A stretch of 64,000 nucleotides of DNA from assembly GCA_051362555.1 (NCBI GenBank), contig CM120640.1, forward strand, positions 18,290,001 to 18,354,000, in the 5' to 3' direction. How positions within the stretch are numbered: the first letter of the stretch is position 1; each line of letters opens with the position of its first letter. A model generated the notes under the pieces. It saw only the letters and a list, made by a program, of their open reading frames with translations, did not search any database and was not told the DNA's origin. This stretch comes from Lingula anatina. Its lineage: Eukaryota > Animalia > Brachiopoda. Positions 1 to 13,400 of this stretch are shown in pieces. A program made the translations under genes and the position numbers.

Positions 1-615
1 TAAGCATAGGCTTAAGTATGTTTACTGAAGATCATTGATTGATCTGACTGTCAACATTACTCTGTTATTTCTCTTTTCACCTTTACTAATAACAACTGTA
101 AGACACTTGTCAGCATTGAAAGCTACTTGAATAGAACTTAGAACTGTTATTTAACTCCCCCCCCCCCCCTCAAAAAAGAAAATATCTTCAATAACAATTC
201 AAATTTTGGCAAATAATAAAAACGGCAATCTCAGTAGCAGCATTATGATGGCTACTTTCTAATCTAAATGCCCTTTTTTGATTTTAAAATACATTCCTTT
301 CTGTCAATAAACATAAACAGCTAAAGGTGTCTGGTACTGGCAGCCAGTGATAGCAGCAGGTACTGACACATAAAACTCTTATTTCTAATAAAAGGAAAAC
401 TATTATTTGTTACATAATGCAAGTATTTCTTGCATATATACACTTTTTAGCACCAGTTGCATAAAATAGTTTTCCTGAAAAAATTTCATCATCTCTTTAA
501 TGCTGTATGTAAAAATACATCTGAGCTTATTGTACAACACATCTTTGAGCTTCAGTTTGTTTTATTTTAGATGCAACAAATTCTGCCAGAATCAAAAATG
601 ATTCAAATCAGTTTC

Positions 616-3600
616 TCACATATTCCCATTTGGTGTAGCTGACTGTAGCTGTTCATGACACTGCTCCCAGAATTCACGTAACCTGTTGTCTTGGTTACTA
701 CAAAATGCCCTGAAATCTGCCAGCACTTTATCCTGGAATGACTCATCTCCAGTGTTTGGTGAGCGCCATCTTTTACTCAGCATGGAGTTCCAGCACCACA
801 GGAAGCCCACCTTGATATCCTCCGTCCCAGCACTAATGTCAGAACTGAAGCTGATGTTCACACTGTCGGCGCGGTTTCTCTGACGCTCTATATAATCTTT
901 ATGAGCATTACTCTTGGTAAACAGTTTGTGCATAGCAGTGGGGTTTGGCATCCTCCTGTCTGTGAGGCACGTGCTGTTTTCTGGGATGGCCGAGGCTGCA
1001 CTGTCAGGGATCATGACAAACATTCCGCCTGTGCAGTGGACCCACTGTGGCTTGGTGTCATCTGACTGGTAGTTGAGGGGACGAGGTGTCTGCACCAGGC
1101 AACTGTCCAACATGAATCCAAACCTCTTCAAAATGAACTCCTGCAGCAACCGTAATCTTTCTGATCTGGAGTCGCTGTCATATTCTACAAGAAAACGAGA
1201 AAATTATTTTACGAGAAATATTGTAAAATTTCCAAAAACTTGCACATTTAGTATCAATATAAAATTTAAAATTCTACATATTTTATCCATTTAAACAAAT
1301 CAGTAGAGATTTATGAAGAATCAGTGTTTAAACTCACCTGAAAACACTGGACTTATTTCATCATCTGTAAGGCACTGTACATTGAGGGGGACATAGATGG
1401 GACCCCGGAGGGGGTCAGAGTTGTCTGTATAAGGCAAGGCAAAGGGATCCACTGGTACTGCCAGCAAGTGATAGGAGCAAGTACTGACCTTCCTGACCCA
1501 ACCAGATACCTGGGAGGAGAAAAAAAACAAATGTGCCAGGTGTGAAGATGACATATAATACAACATTGACAACATAACTGTGTAAAGTGTTACAACATAC
1601 TTGTTATGGCAATATGCATGATATTCCTTCAAATCAGTAGCCCTGAGCACGAGAAACTATCAGGCCAGCTTTTTTATTTTCAAATTTCCATGTGCTATGC
1701 CTGATTGAGAGATGTGCCTCAAAGGTATAGAAAAAAATAAGTAGGCTGGCAAAAATTTTCTGTAGCAGTCAGTCTGTGGAAGGAGGAACTTGGAATTATT
1801 TCTTTAATCCAGTTGGTTGATTGGGAAACTTTCTCTGATCCTCAGTTCCTGACATTCTTCAGTCAGTTTGAACTGAGAATGAAAATATGCTTATTGACTT
1901 TGAGGTGCACCTTGATGACAAAATGAAAAATGTTGACACAAAAATATGAATGGCAGTTGAGGAGGCCATAACCACAAACATATCAAGTTTCAAGTCTAAC
2001 CTGGAATGCCTCCTAAGCAATTTGAACTGCTTTGAGCCAAAAATAAAAAAAATGAGAGAACAACTGAGTTATGCTTCTTTAATTACTAACCAAAACACAG
2101 CATTCAAGAAGGCTTCAAATAAGAATTAATGGTGTCCCACTCAGTGATAATGAGAAAACCATGCCATCCACGGTCGATCATTGCATTACAAGTTCGGTTG
2201 ATACTTTGTTAAAGACACTCAGACATTTTGAGTTAGATCACCATTTATTTGAAACTGTTCACAGGCTCTGTCTGCAATAAATGTAATCATAACTCGCAGC
2301 CAATGTTAGGCTGAAATCTAAGTTACACAAAAAGACCAAGAGCAGATCCCTTACCCACAGAAATAAATATGAAGAGAAGAAGAACATGTCAGTATAAGAT
2401 TAATATGCTACATGTGATTTTTAGTTGACCATTCTGAAGACCTACCAGTTCTCCCAGCACTGGACCAGTGCACACTAGCCAGTTCAGGGTCAGTTCATAT
2501 GCACACAGAGGGTTGTAGTTGGCATGGTAACGCATGGTGCACCACTCTGGTCTGCCACATTTGCCTGCAGGGTCTGTGTCTATCTTGATGTGTTTGTACG
2601 TGGTTTGACCTGCCAAAGATGTACTCATTTATATATATATGGAATCACACTTGAAAGACTAACCAAGATCCTCTTTTTTAATGGCTAACCCCTTAATCAA
2701 ATGTGTTACTGAAAGTTTTCTGGTATTTTTTTTACAATCTTTGAGTTTAGAATGAAAGTAAAATTATAAATGCCATCATTGAGGAAGTGGAACAGGTGAA
2801 TTTGCTTCCTGGACATTTGGCCTATTTATGCACAGAAACACTGTTTCTGACAGTGAAAAAATTTGCTTCCAGATGTATTCAATCAAAAAAATGTGGAATT
2901 TGGATTGACTCAATTTTCTTTCACGAAAGGACACAGCAATATTCAAACAAAACATAATAAATTATCGAATATAAAAAATTACATTTTTTTCTTTTCTTTC
3001 ACTAACAAAAATTTTAACTTACCAAATTCATCTGTCAACCTTCTACCACCCCAGCCATGTGCTGATTTGGCATCTTCTGGAGTCACACTCAGTATATCTG
3101 TGGTCCCTGCACGCTGGGGCAACAAAGGCATCAAAAATGGTGGCACCTGATAATGAGGCTTCTGCATGTTATTGTGCACAGTGACCTCAATCCAGTCATT
3201 CTGAAATGTTTGTGCATCCTGTTGTGCATAGCTTAGGGGGTCTGAATCCACTGGAATTGAAAATATGTATAATTCAGCTTTTTTTTTTTCATAGTAGAAC
3301 AAAACTGTTTCGATCCAAGTATTTCATCTTTAAAGTGCAATGCATCCTAGAGTTAGGCATTTCTAGGCATTTTTAGAGTTAAACAGTGTATTTTAGCAAT
3401 GATCAGCATACTCTAAAATGCAAATCCAGTTCAGTTAAATGCAAAAAAAAACAAAAAAAAAACAAAATTATCAACAAACCGTTCTTACTACTTTTAAATA
3501 CTTGACATCAAACCCCTGTATCAGGAAATCAAAGGAATCCTGATATTTTGGCTGATTCTTACCTCTCTCTTTCTCTGTGACAACAAAGTAGAGGTAGAAT

Positions 3601-4254
3601 CCATGAATATATCTGTGTCTGGTGTTCCTGCAGCCATGGCATATCATCTTCTCATCCACCATTGTCTGGAATATGGTGAAAAAATTAATTACTGTCACCT
3701 AAGTGATTTTAAGCATCTTTTTATTTTTTATTGAAAACACAAAGATACAGCAAGAACAGTATCTGCCCTTAAAAACATTACATACACTAGCCTATTTAGT
3801 GTTTTCAATATAAATTCCTCATATGAAATACAGCAACAATGCCTGTAATATGGCTAAAACACAATCAAATGGAAACACATTGATCACAGTCATGCCATTG
3901 CATTTCTTCTCTAACATAATGATACATCTGCTGCAGGGGTGGGCTTCAAGAAAGAACCTCACATCGAGGGTTGCTCTTAGCAAGAGCAACCAAGATTACA
4001 GAAGTAAAGAACAACAATCACTAAAATGGTCATACTGTCAACCTGTTTTCTCCAGTACTTTTTTAAATGACTTGCCTGCAGTAGAGCTACAGCAGTGGGA
4101 AAGCCTGCTGCTCCCTCCACATTCTCCTGAACCCATTCTGTGGCCTCAAAACTCACAAAGCTTTGGCTAGGAAGACCCTCCTGGACTGGTAGAAACTTCA
4201 GACCATTACTGAAAACAAAAAAAAAAACTTTCAAAAACTATATTGGTTCAGTAG

Positions 4255-4297
<43 letters not shown>

Positions 4298-7200
4298 TGT
4301 GTGTGTGTATATATATATATATATACACACACACACTCACACACACACACACACACATTGTGAACGAATTTTTTGAGAAACTTAACCTTAAACTTTTAAG
4401 TCATCTTGGAAGATAAAGTGAAGATAATAAAAGATATTTCTTGTTTAGAAAAGGTTTAGTAAAGATAATTAAGTCTAATAATTGCATAATTTTTCCCTGA
4501 ACCCTTTTTAAGTTCTCTTTGTAATTTAAGCTGTAACTTTCAAGTCCTCCTTAAGTGAAGAATCTAATGTGCACACAATCTTACCTTGGGTCTTGCATCT
4601 TTTTAAGAACTGCAGACAGTGGGGATGACATACTCAATTTTTCCTCCTGAATCTGGTTGACACTGCAATCACAAAGTTTATAGCTACTGCAAGAGCAATT
4701 CATATCCTTATATCCATACACATACATCCAATAATGAGATAAACATTGTATATATTTCAATATTTTTACTCACTCACTTACTGACCAATGCATCTGGCTT
4801 TGTGATTCTGACAACTGCTTGCAAATGCAAATTTTTTCAAACCAGTGCCTAAATAAGAGGATTACAAGCAATGTGTATTGAAAGTTCCAAAAAATGTGAT
4901 AATGCAATGTGAGTGTATTAGGCTGTTCAAGTGGCAATGCTTACTTGTCTTTGGCTGGAGTTGAGTCTGACTTGACTGTAGCATCAGCAGGTGCAATCAC
5001 TGTGGAGTCTGCTGCGACTGGCGTCTGGGAAATTATTAGTGAACAAAGAAGAAAATATTAATGAAGACTTACAAATTAATTAATACTAGCCCCAGAAAAA
5101 AGGAACAAATGCTAGCCCCAGACCTTTGAAGTATCTTTTATGCATTTCCTACTGCAAAAGATGCCAAGAGACAGCAGGTAAAAGGCAGCTCAACCATGCC
5201 AATATTTCTATAATCAATGTAAAGATTCACAAATGATGCTTTTATATTTATTATATTATACAATTATACACTTTGTTTGAGGTCTGAGAAATTACATACT
5301 GACTGAAAGTTTAAGTTACATAATTGGTTCACTTTTTCATTTTTAAATTTAGTCTTTTAGTTATTAAAATAACTAAATGGTGACATCCTCCACATAAATA
5401 TGCTAAATCTCTACCTTCTGACATTGTTTTTGTCTGATTGTTTTTACATGTTAAAATTATTCTTTTTCTATTATTGGTTAAAAATGGAAATAACATCATC
5501 ACTAAATGTATGTTTTATCAGACCTCAAAAACACAGATATAAGATTAGAATCTATGCTAATTATATAATGAATGCATTTGTACCAGCACACTAGAAAGCT
5601 GCCCTGAAGCATACAGTACGATGATTCACTTGAAATATCAGCATATAGAAAGCATACCCTTTTCAGTTCTCCAGTGGGGGTTAAAATACATGGAGAAGTT
5701 GCATTAGGGGATGGAGTATTATCAGCACTTTTGATAAAGCCACCGCCACCGCTACCACCACGCCCATCATCTTGTGTGTTAGGAGTAAGATTTATGTTTA
5801 TCTTACTTTTCTATAAGACAAGTGACATATGAAGTTGTAGGTTAAGATTAATCATGCAGGGGAAGCAATTTATTAACAATGTTATTTAATTATTCAATTT
5901 AACTGTTACTGTCAAGTTCTATTCATTAACTGTAGATACATGCTATAAGGCAACAACATGCTTCTTTTAAAAAAGTGTTGATTGACAACAGAAAACTCAA
6001 ATATTTATTCTAGTTGAATTTATTTTCTGAAAATTTTAACCATATAACAATAAATGTTTATTGTACTATAGCACTGACTATTTAATTTTGTAATCCTATT
6101 GTCAATTAAAGGCTTGTTTCCGCAATTTTTTTCAAAAATGAACCTAATAAGTTACCAAGACTGACTATAAAATTGACACTTTTTTTCTTACCAGTCCTGG
6201 TTTTCTTCCCTGTCCTGGCCTTCTGATTTTATTGAGCATTTCCAAAATTTTGACGAATCCTTCTGTCATCTGCTGTTGTTCTTCTAGGGATTTCTCTTCA
6301 TATATATCACATCTGAGGTAGGATGAGCGCATTGCAAGGAATTTGTAGTATTATGTCACAAAATAGCAATTGCAAAAGCTTTGTGATAACACAAAGCAGC
6401 AAAGATTACATAAATATCATCAAGACTAGAATAACAAAGGTTGGCGGTAAAAATCTGAATTCATGAAGAAACTACCATTTAAAGCATCTTGGCATAATAA
6501 GTTAATACATTTTAGCTTATGTTATACAAGTGTGTCATTAGAAACTTCTAACAACATTACCTTTCTGCTCCGTCTATTATCTTTTTGGTTGCAGGATTGT
6601 GACAGGGCAGGAGTAGGAAACGGCTCTTCCAGTACTTCAGTGACTGTGAGACAAATTAATTCCATTTTAGTCAATGACATTGAACATGTAGGCAGGCAAA
6701 CAAATAGAAATGAATGGAAAGAAAATTCTGACTACACATGTAACTGATTGACATTAAAACTGACAAACAGATGGTCATAAAATATTGACAAACTAAGTGA
6801 CATGAAGGCTGTCAAACAGAATGACAGACAGCTAAACTGAAGTATAAACAAACAGACAGACAGTGAATGACAGAAAACAAGGCAGCAAAGCTGTCAAATG
6901 TACAAACAAAAACCAGAAAATAAAAACGCAGGAAATAGGATACTGTCAATTCTGATGAACTAATGTATTATGCTTACTGTAACTGCATAGCCAACATCAA
7001 ATTCTTATTCTGCATAACATTGGATTAGGATGAAAGTAAAATGTGTATCAAGCATTAGACTAAGTTCCCATACCTAGATCAATCTAACAGGATCAATCCA
7101 ACTCCAAGGGGTTTCTCACTAAATTGCTTTCAGTTTGAGAGTCTTAGGATTCTGGCATGCCAGTTTCAGTAGGCGTGACAGACAACTAAGCCACTTACAT

Positions 7201-7364
7201 TGATTGCAATTTAGCAAGAATTCCCATGGAGATAGATCGATCCACAGTTAGCGTGATAGGGTCTGGAAATAGTCCCTAAGGTGTCAGGCTGATAAGAGTT
7301 AAACTTTGGAAATGCCAGAATAAGGTACAGTGAAAATTACACACAAAAAAAATTGCTTAAACTC

Positions 7365-7443
<79 letters not shown>

Positions 7444-10400
7444 ATTATTATTATTATTATTAATTTTTTTTTTTTGGCTGTATGTCAGTCCTAAGAATCA
7501 TTCTTGTAACTTAACAAAATACAGAAAATGTTACAAAGTAAGAGTACAGGGCTCCTGGCAGATGGGAGTGATAAGTCACAACTTGAAAATGCCAGTATAG
7601 CACTCTATAAACCTGCATTGCCTCCAAAACAGAAAACAATCACACTGGTTTTCAAACACAAGCTGCGCTCTTCTGTCTTATGAAACTTTTCACTAAGTTT
7701 CAGTATCGTAAGTAACATGGTTTTCCCTTAATCGCTATCCTGGCAGCAGTGTCCAAAATAGGGTTTTCTTCAACTTTCATGCAATAAAACATAATACTTA
7801 ACAGCATAATGACCATCAAATTTTTTATAAAAAAATAAAAGTATCATGAATATTCAGAAAATGTGAGTTGGGAAGGTCTTCAAGGCCATGGAAGTTCAGA
7901 GTCACACTTTCAAAATGCCAAAATGTAAACAAGAGATAACTGTACTGAAATGATTTTCTTTCCATTTTCAACACCTTTTTTAAAACAAAATGATCAATAA
8001 ACTGTCATTTTTAAATGTTCAACTAGGAAAATTGTTGACATAGGAAAAATATCAATAGAACAATTTTCAATGTCCAATTTGCTCCATTTGCAGATGCTGA
8101 ACCAAGGAGTTATAACAGAAGGAGATTACACGCGTGGGGGCGGAGCCCGTATTACGGTCTCTCATTGGTCGGAATGAATAGAACCCAGAGAACAATGGAT
8201 GCCTATCTCTGTTACGCTTAATTGTTGCTCTCGTTTAAATCTCGTTTGTTAGTATCTGTGCCTTTGTCTGTTGATTTTTGAGGACAGAAACAGAAACGGA
8301 GTCCCAAGTTTCTAAAAAATGAGAGAAATACAGAATTTATATGATATTACGTTGGACAAGGTTTTCAAAAAACAGGTAAGTGCTTTTAAATGCATAACTA
8401 CACGAAATATGAAGATAAATTGCAACTTTTATGTCGTAGGGTCTCACTGTGTAAGTGTCCAGCTACACGTTGATCTCGCGAGGTGGTGTGTGGAGAATAA
8501 ATATTGCACGAAAAATATTTCCCACTCATAACAAGTGCCTATAAATATAGTATCAGATGAAGAAAGTTTGGTCTTTATACAGTTGCAATTGTTAAGTAAT
8601 TTGTGGCAATAGCAAAGAATAAAACTTAGGTGCACTTTCAGTAGCCGAATAACAAGCAGATGCTTAAGCCGCCATCTTGTTAATATTTCGAAAAAAAATT
8701 ACTCCAAAAGACATTTTCCTCCTACTTTTTGAAACTTGTGTCACATGACAGTCATAAAATTTAACTAATTGTTATGTGTGCAACACACTTGCTTGAGCAG
8801 TATTGTTTTTTTTTGCGATTTTACATGTGGTCTAGCTTGGATACGACAATTGACAATTTTCATGAGTTCCGATCAAAAAGTGTTACGCTTGTTACGGCCA
8901 AAAGCCTTACCGCTTTTTGTACTTTTCAAATGCAAGATTATAAAAAAAATTGGTGTGTTTAGATTCTTGAACATCTTGGTCGTGGCGTGGTATATATTGC
9001 ATGGATACTGCTCCAATATTTCTTGAAAAAAATAACCTGATTTGTTCAGAATACCAATTTTTTACTCTAGTGTTATGGGTAAATGTACCATTTTGGCCTT
9101 TACCTTTTTCATGTTTAAATCTAAAAAGACTTATCATGACAGTTGGTCATCATTTTTCTTCTCACCATGGTGGGTGGCTTTGGAGTGGTAACTTTGTTGT
9201 TAAAGTAAAGTGCTCAGTTTTTTTGACTGGAAAATTTTGCCTCCACCCAGCATTTTCCATCATGGCGGTCTAACAGGAAGTTTGACTTCACAGTGTCTTT
9301 GGCATAGTTATTTTTAACTTATTTAGTCTTCTTTTTACATATATATGTTTTAATTCATATTAAACCTTTGAAAAAAGAACACACATGAATCCTGGTGCTT
9401 CTTAATTTAAAGTCTTAAGGTTTTAAGTTCACCTAGGCTCCACCAATTACTTTACCTGTTATCTCACTACACATCTCTCTTTGAGTCAAGGTGTGTAAGA
9501 CACACCTTATTGTGTAAGACACCTCTATAATTAAGGGGTACTTGCTTCTCTACTAAATTATACTTCACTACTTTGGCATGTTAGGTGGCAAGCTTGGATG
9601 TTTCAGTTCATTTTAAGAAAGAAGCTTTGCCTTGGTGGTTACAAAAGAATAGAACTCTATTAAGGTTTATTCATTACTTGAAATTAAATATTTCATCTTG
9701 TAGTGTTGAAACAGAAATTCTCTCAAAATTGATAATGAATTTGACATGCATATCTTAACACTACTCAAGTTCTTTTTTTCTATTATAGATATGGGAGAAG
9801 GCTGCAGTGAATATATGAATTATGGTCAGGCTGGAAAAAATTAAAATATGTCAATGAAAAAAGGAGGTCAGTGTGTCTGGGGTAAGTTACTTTTGTCATA
9901 ATGCCTAAGATGCATTAAACATTCACTAACAACAGTACCCTTTTTAATTTTTTTTTCAAAATACAACAACCTTGGGCATTTTCCTTTTAGCAACCAGCCT
10001 CTCTGAAATCCCCTTTTTGTCCTGTCAGAAGAGTAGGAACCAGGGCGGATTTAAATAATTTCTTGTAATAAGTACAATTTCTTTCAATTTCTTGGGGTTA
10101 TTAGCTTTTGATCATGAATCTTGATGTTCTATATAAATTAAGTTGTAAATTGTTCATTTATGTGGTGAACATTATTTCAGTCAAGTCATAACAAGACACA
10201 TTAAACTTCACTGCGTAATTCCATAATGTCTACATGGATACTAGTAGTTCATAATGCTATTATTATGTTTTTTTTTTTCTAACCTACAGGTTTCTCTCTT
10301 TTCTGAGTGGCATGGCATTAGCAAGGCAGAAGAAAAGGCCCTGAAGAAATTCTCACTTGAGTTGTCCTTTTTGGAGAAGAAACTGGATAAGACTGGCCAA

Positions 10401-13400
10401 CAGAGATTGCATTAAATTAATAGTGCTCCTTTATGACATTTTAAAATATTTTCAGTCACCTAACTGACTCTATACATTGCAAAAGTGGACATAAATTTTA
10501 TGTTATTGTTACGTGGAAAAAAATTCAAAACCTATATATAAATTGTTGAGTGCCATGGTATAACAGTCTACCTGATTGCCAGTGAAATGTCTGTTTCAGT
10601 GAAATTTCTTTAAAGCAGTCACTTACTGCTTACTTACCAGTTAATTTTTTCAGCTGTTACATTTTATAAATGTTCTTACTAAGTGTTGTCTTGATCTATA
10701 ATAACCTTTTGAAAATCCCATGTTTTTTATCCTATTTGTAAGAATTAACCACTTTATCTTCTAGGATTTTTTTTTTTTCATTCGGCCCATTAGATTCTCA
10801 GACCTTGCTGGCCTGTAAGTGGAATAGTATCTGGCACAGACTGGTATCAGCAAGTCAGATAAAGAAGAATATAATTATTTCTATTTGCACGGTTGAAAAA
10901 AATGCCATCATAGACTGCATAAAACTGGAAAACTGTAGCAACTTAATCATTCTTATGACTTCATTTATTACTGCTTATGTGTAAAATTTTTGTTTTTGTT
11001 CTTCTATTGATATAATAAAATGGTTTTACTCACAGATGCTACTTTCATGAGTATAGAGTATAGAGTGCTTGAGTATAGAGTTGACTTAAAAGATTTTTTA
11101 AGTTAATATAGTAAATAATAGTTTGAAATTCAATATTCTCATCTTTATTTGTTTCACTTTAAAGAGCTCAGTGAATACTAAAATTTCTGATATATTTTGT
11201 ACATAAATATATTTATGAATGAATAAAAATTATTCTTAATGTATGGCACTGTGCACTTGTTTACCGACAAATATGAACAGTGTTAGTACGTGTCAAATAA
11301 TCCTGAAAAAAAGGGAAATTTCCAAGATAAAGAAATTTATAACGAGTATTCAGTAAACTGACGTGTCGTGGCATTGCCTCAACCTTGGATTAAAATTTTA
11401 ATTAAATGCATTATAATATAAAAATTATACCGAGTGAGAGAAAAAATACTTCAAGAAATTTAAAACCAGACATAAAGCGTAGGCACTGTCACAATGTATA
11501 TGTTTATGGGACCCAAGGGCAGGAGGGTCCAAACGTTAATGTATTAATATTATGTCCTTTGGCAGTGAGGACAGACGTTCACTTGAATGTCATTTTCACA
11601 AACCACAGTTGGGACGTTTTCTTTTGACTTCTCCTTGGTGATTTTTCACCGGGTTGTGCCATAAAAAAGCCATCTATCACCGACTAAAAAAGCTCATGGC
11701 AACCATCCTCAGTCACCACCTTATAATCGCTTTCTATGATATCGTTCCCTTCCAGCACATCGTCCAAATAATTACCTGTGAAAAAAATCGTCAGCATACT
11801 ACAGCGGCAGCGGCGCTTTGACATTACTGATCTCGAATTCTAACGCGAAATAACGCATATGAAATTTATCTCCAAGCTGAGGAGAGCGACGCAGACGAAA
11901 CCTTGAGACCGGAGGCCCCCCGTAGCTAGCTCCGCCCACCGTAACAGACATCGGACAATAGAAAGGCTTGCGTGTAATCTCCTTCTGTTATAACTCCTTG
12001 GCTGAACATAGTGAATGATTAAATCTGACAAACTGCAATGATGAGTTCCTTTCCATTTATGATACTTTATTACACAATGCACAATATTATAACAGGTTTA
12101 CCGTCATTTTTATATAATCAACAAACAATATTGTTAAGAAGCAGAAAATGTCAAAACAACACTTTTACATATCTTATTAGTTCCATAATGAGACTGTTAA
12201 CATGCCTAAGAATTAAATCTGAAGAAATAACAATTATATACAAAAATACAGAAAATGCACAGCACTTCTGGTGGATGGGAGTATAAAATCACATCTTGAA
12301 GATGCTAGTGTTTGAAAAATAATTTAAAAAATTTTTTTAATAAAACGTAAAAAATTCCAATAAAGCTGCTATTCAAACTTTTAATCTAGCTGTATTAACT
12401 TGATATTAATAACCCCACCAAGTTTGAGAAAAATAAAGCACTGTTATGCATCTATAGCATGTTGGCATAACACATTCTTTTTGTTGTAAATTATTTGCAA
12501 TGTTAAACACCATTTATCTGCACAATTATCACCAAATCCTAATTTTGTGACACAGTTAAGAGAGCTAAACCTATGGGACTTTACAGGGAAATCTCAAGGA
12601 GTGTTTTATGTAATCTCATTTAATGGCCAATTGAAAATTAATGAGTAGGCAAGTGACTTTATAGACCTTAATTTAATTAGTGATCACCCAAGGGACAATT
12701 TTAAAGACTGCTATCCATACAGTACCGTCATATAGCACAAAGGTGTTGCATACATGCTGAAAAAAGTGAAAAAACAGCATTACTTCCCTAAAAATGACCC
12801 GATCATGCTGATTTTCAAACTTGACCTGCGTATCATGAATATTCATTAGTTCTGCAAGTTTCAAACCAAAAGGTTAAATGGTTTTCCACTTATCATGTTA
12901 TCAGTGTTGCATATATGCTGAAAAAAGTGAAATACAGCATAACTTCCCTAAAAATGACCCAATCATACTGATTTTCAAACTTGACCTGCGTATTATGAAT
13001 ATTCATCAGTTCTGTAAGTTTGAAACCAAAAGGTAAAATGGTTTTCCACTTATCATGTTATCGGTGCTGCATATATGCTGAAAAAAGTGAAAAAACAGCA
13101 TAACTTCCCTAAAAATGACCCGATCATGCTGATTTTTGAACTTGACCTGCGTATTATGAATATTCATTAGTTTTGTAAGTTTCAAGGGAAAAGGTAAAAT
13201 GGTTTTCCACTTATCGTGTTATCGGTGCTGCATATATGCTGAAACAAGACAGCACTGTTCTGCAATGGGTTTACTTCCATTTTTAAAACACTTTTTTAAC
13301 ATAAAACAAAATAAACATTTTACTGCCATTTTTATATGTCCACCTAAGAAAATTGATGAGATGGGATAAATATCAATAGAACAGTGTTAAATGTCCAATT

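Noticed and set aside
8626-9436. TAGGTGCACTT / AAGTTCACCTA as TIRs of a nested Harbinger or Kolobok element
   Set aside because: Only a 10/11 match, and the flanking trinucleotides (TTA vs TAG) do not form a TSD.
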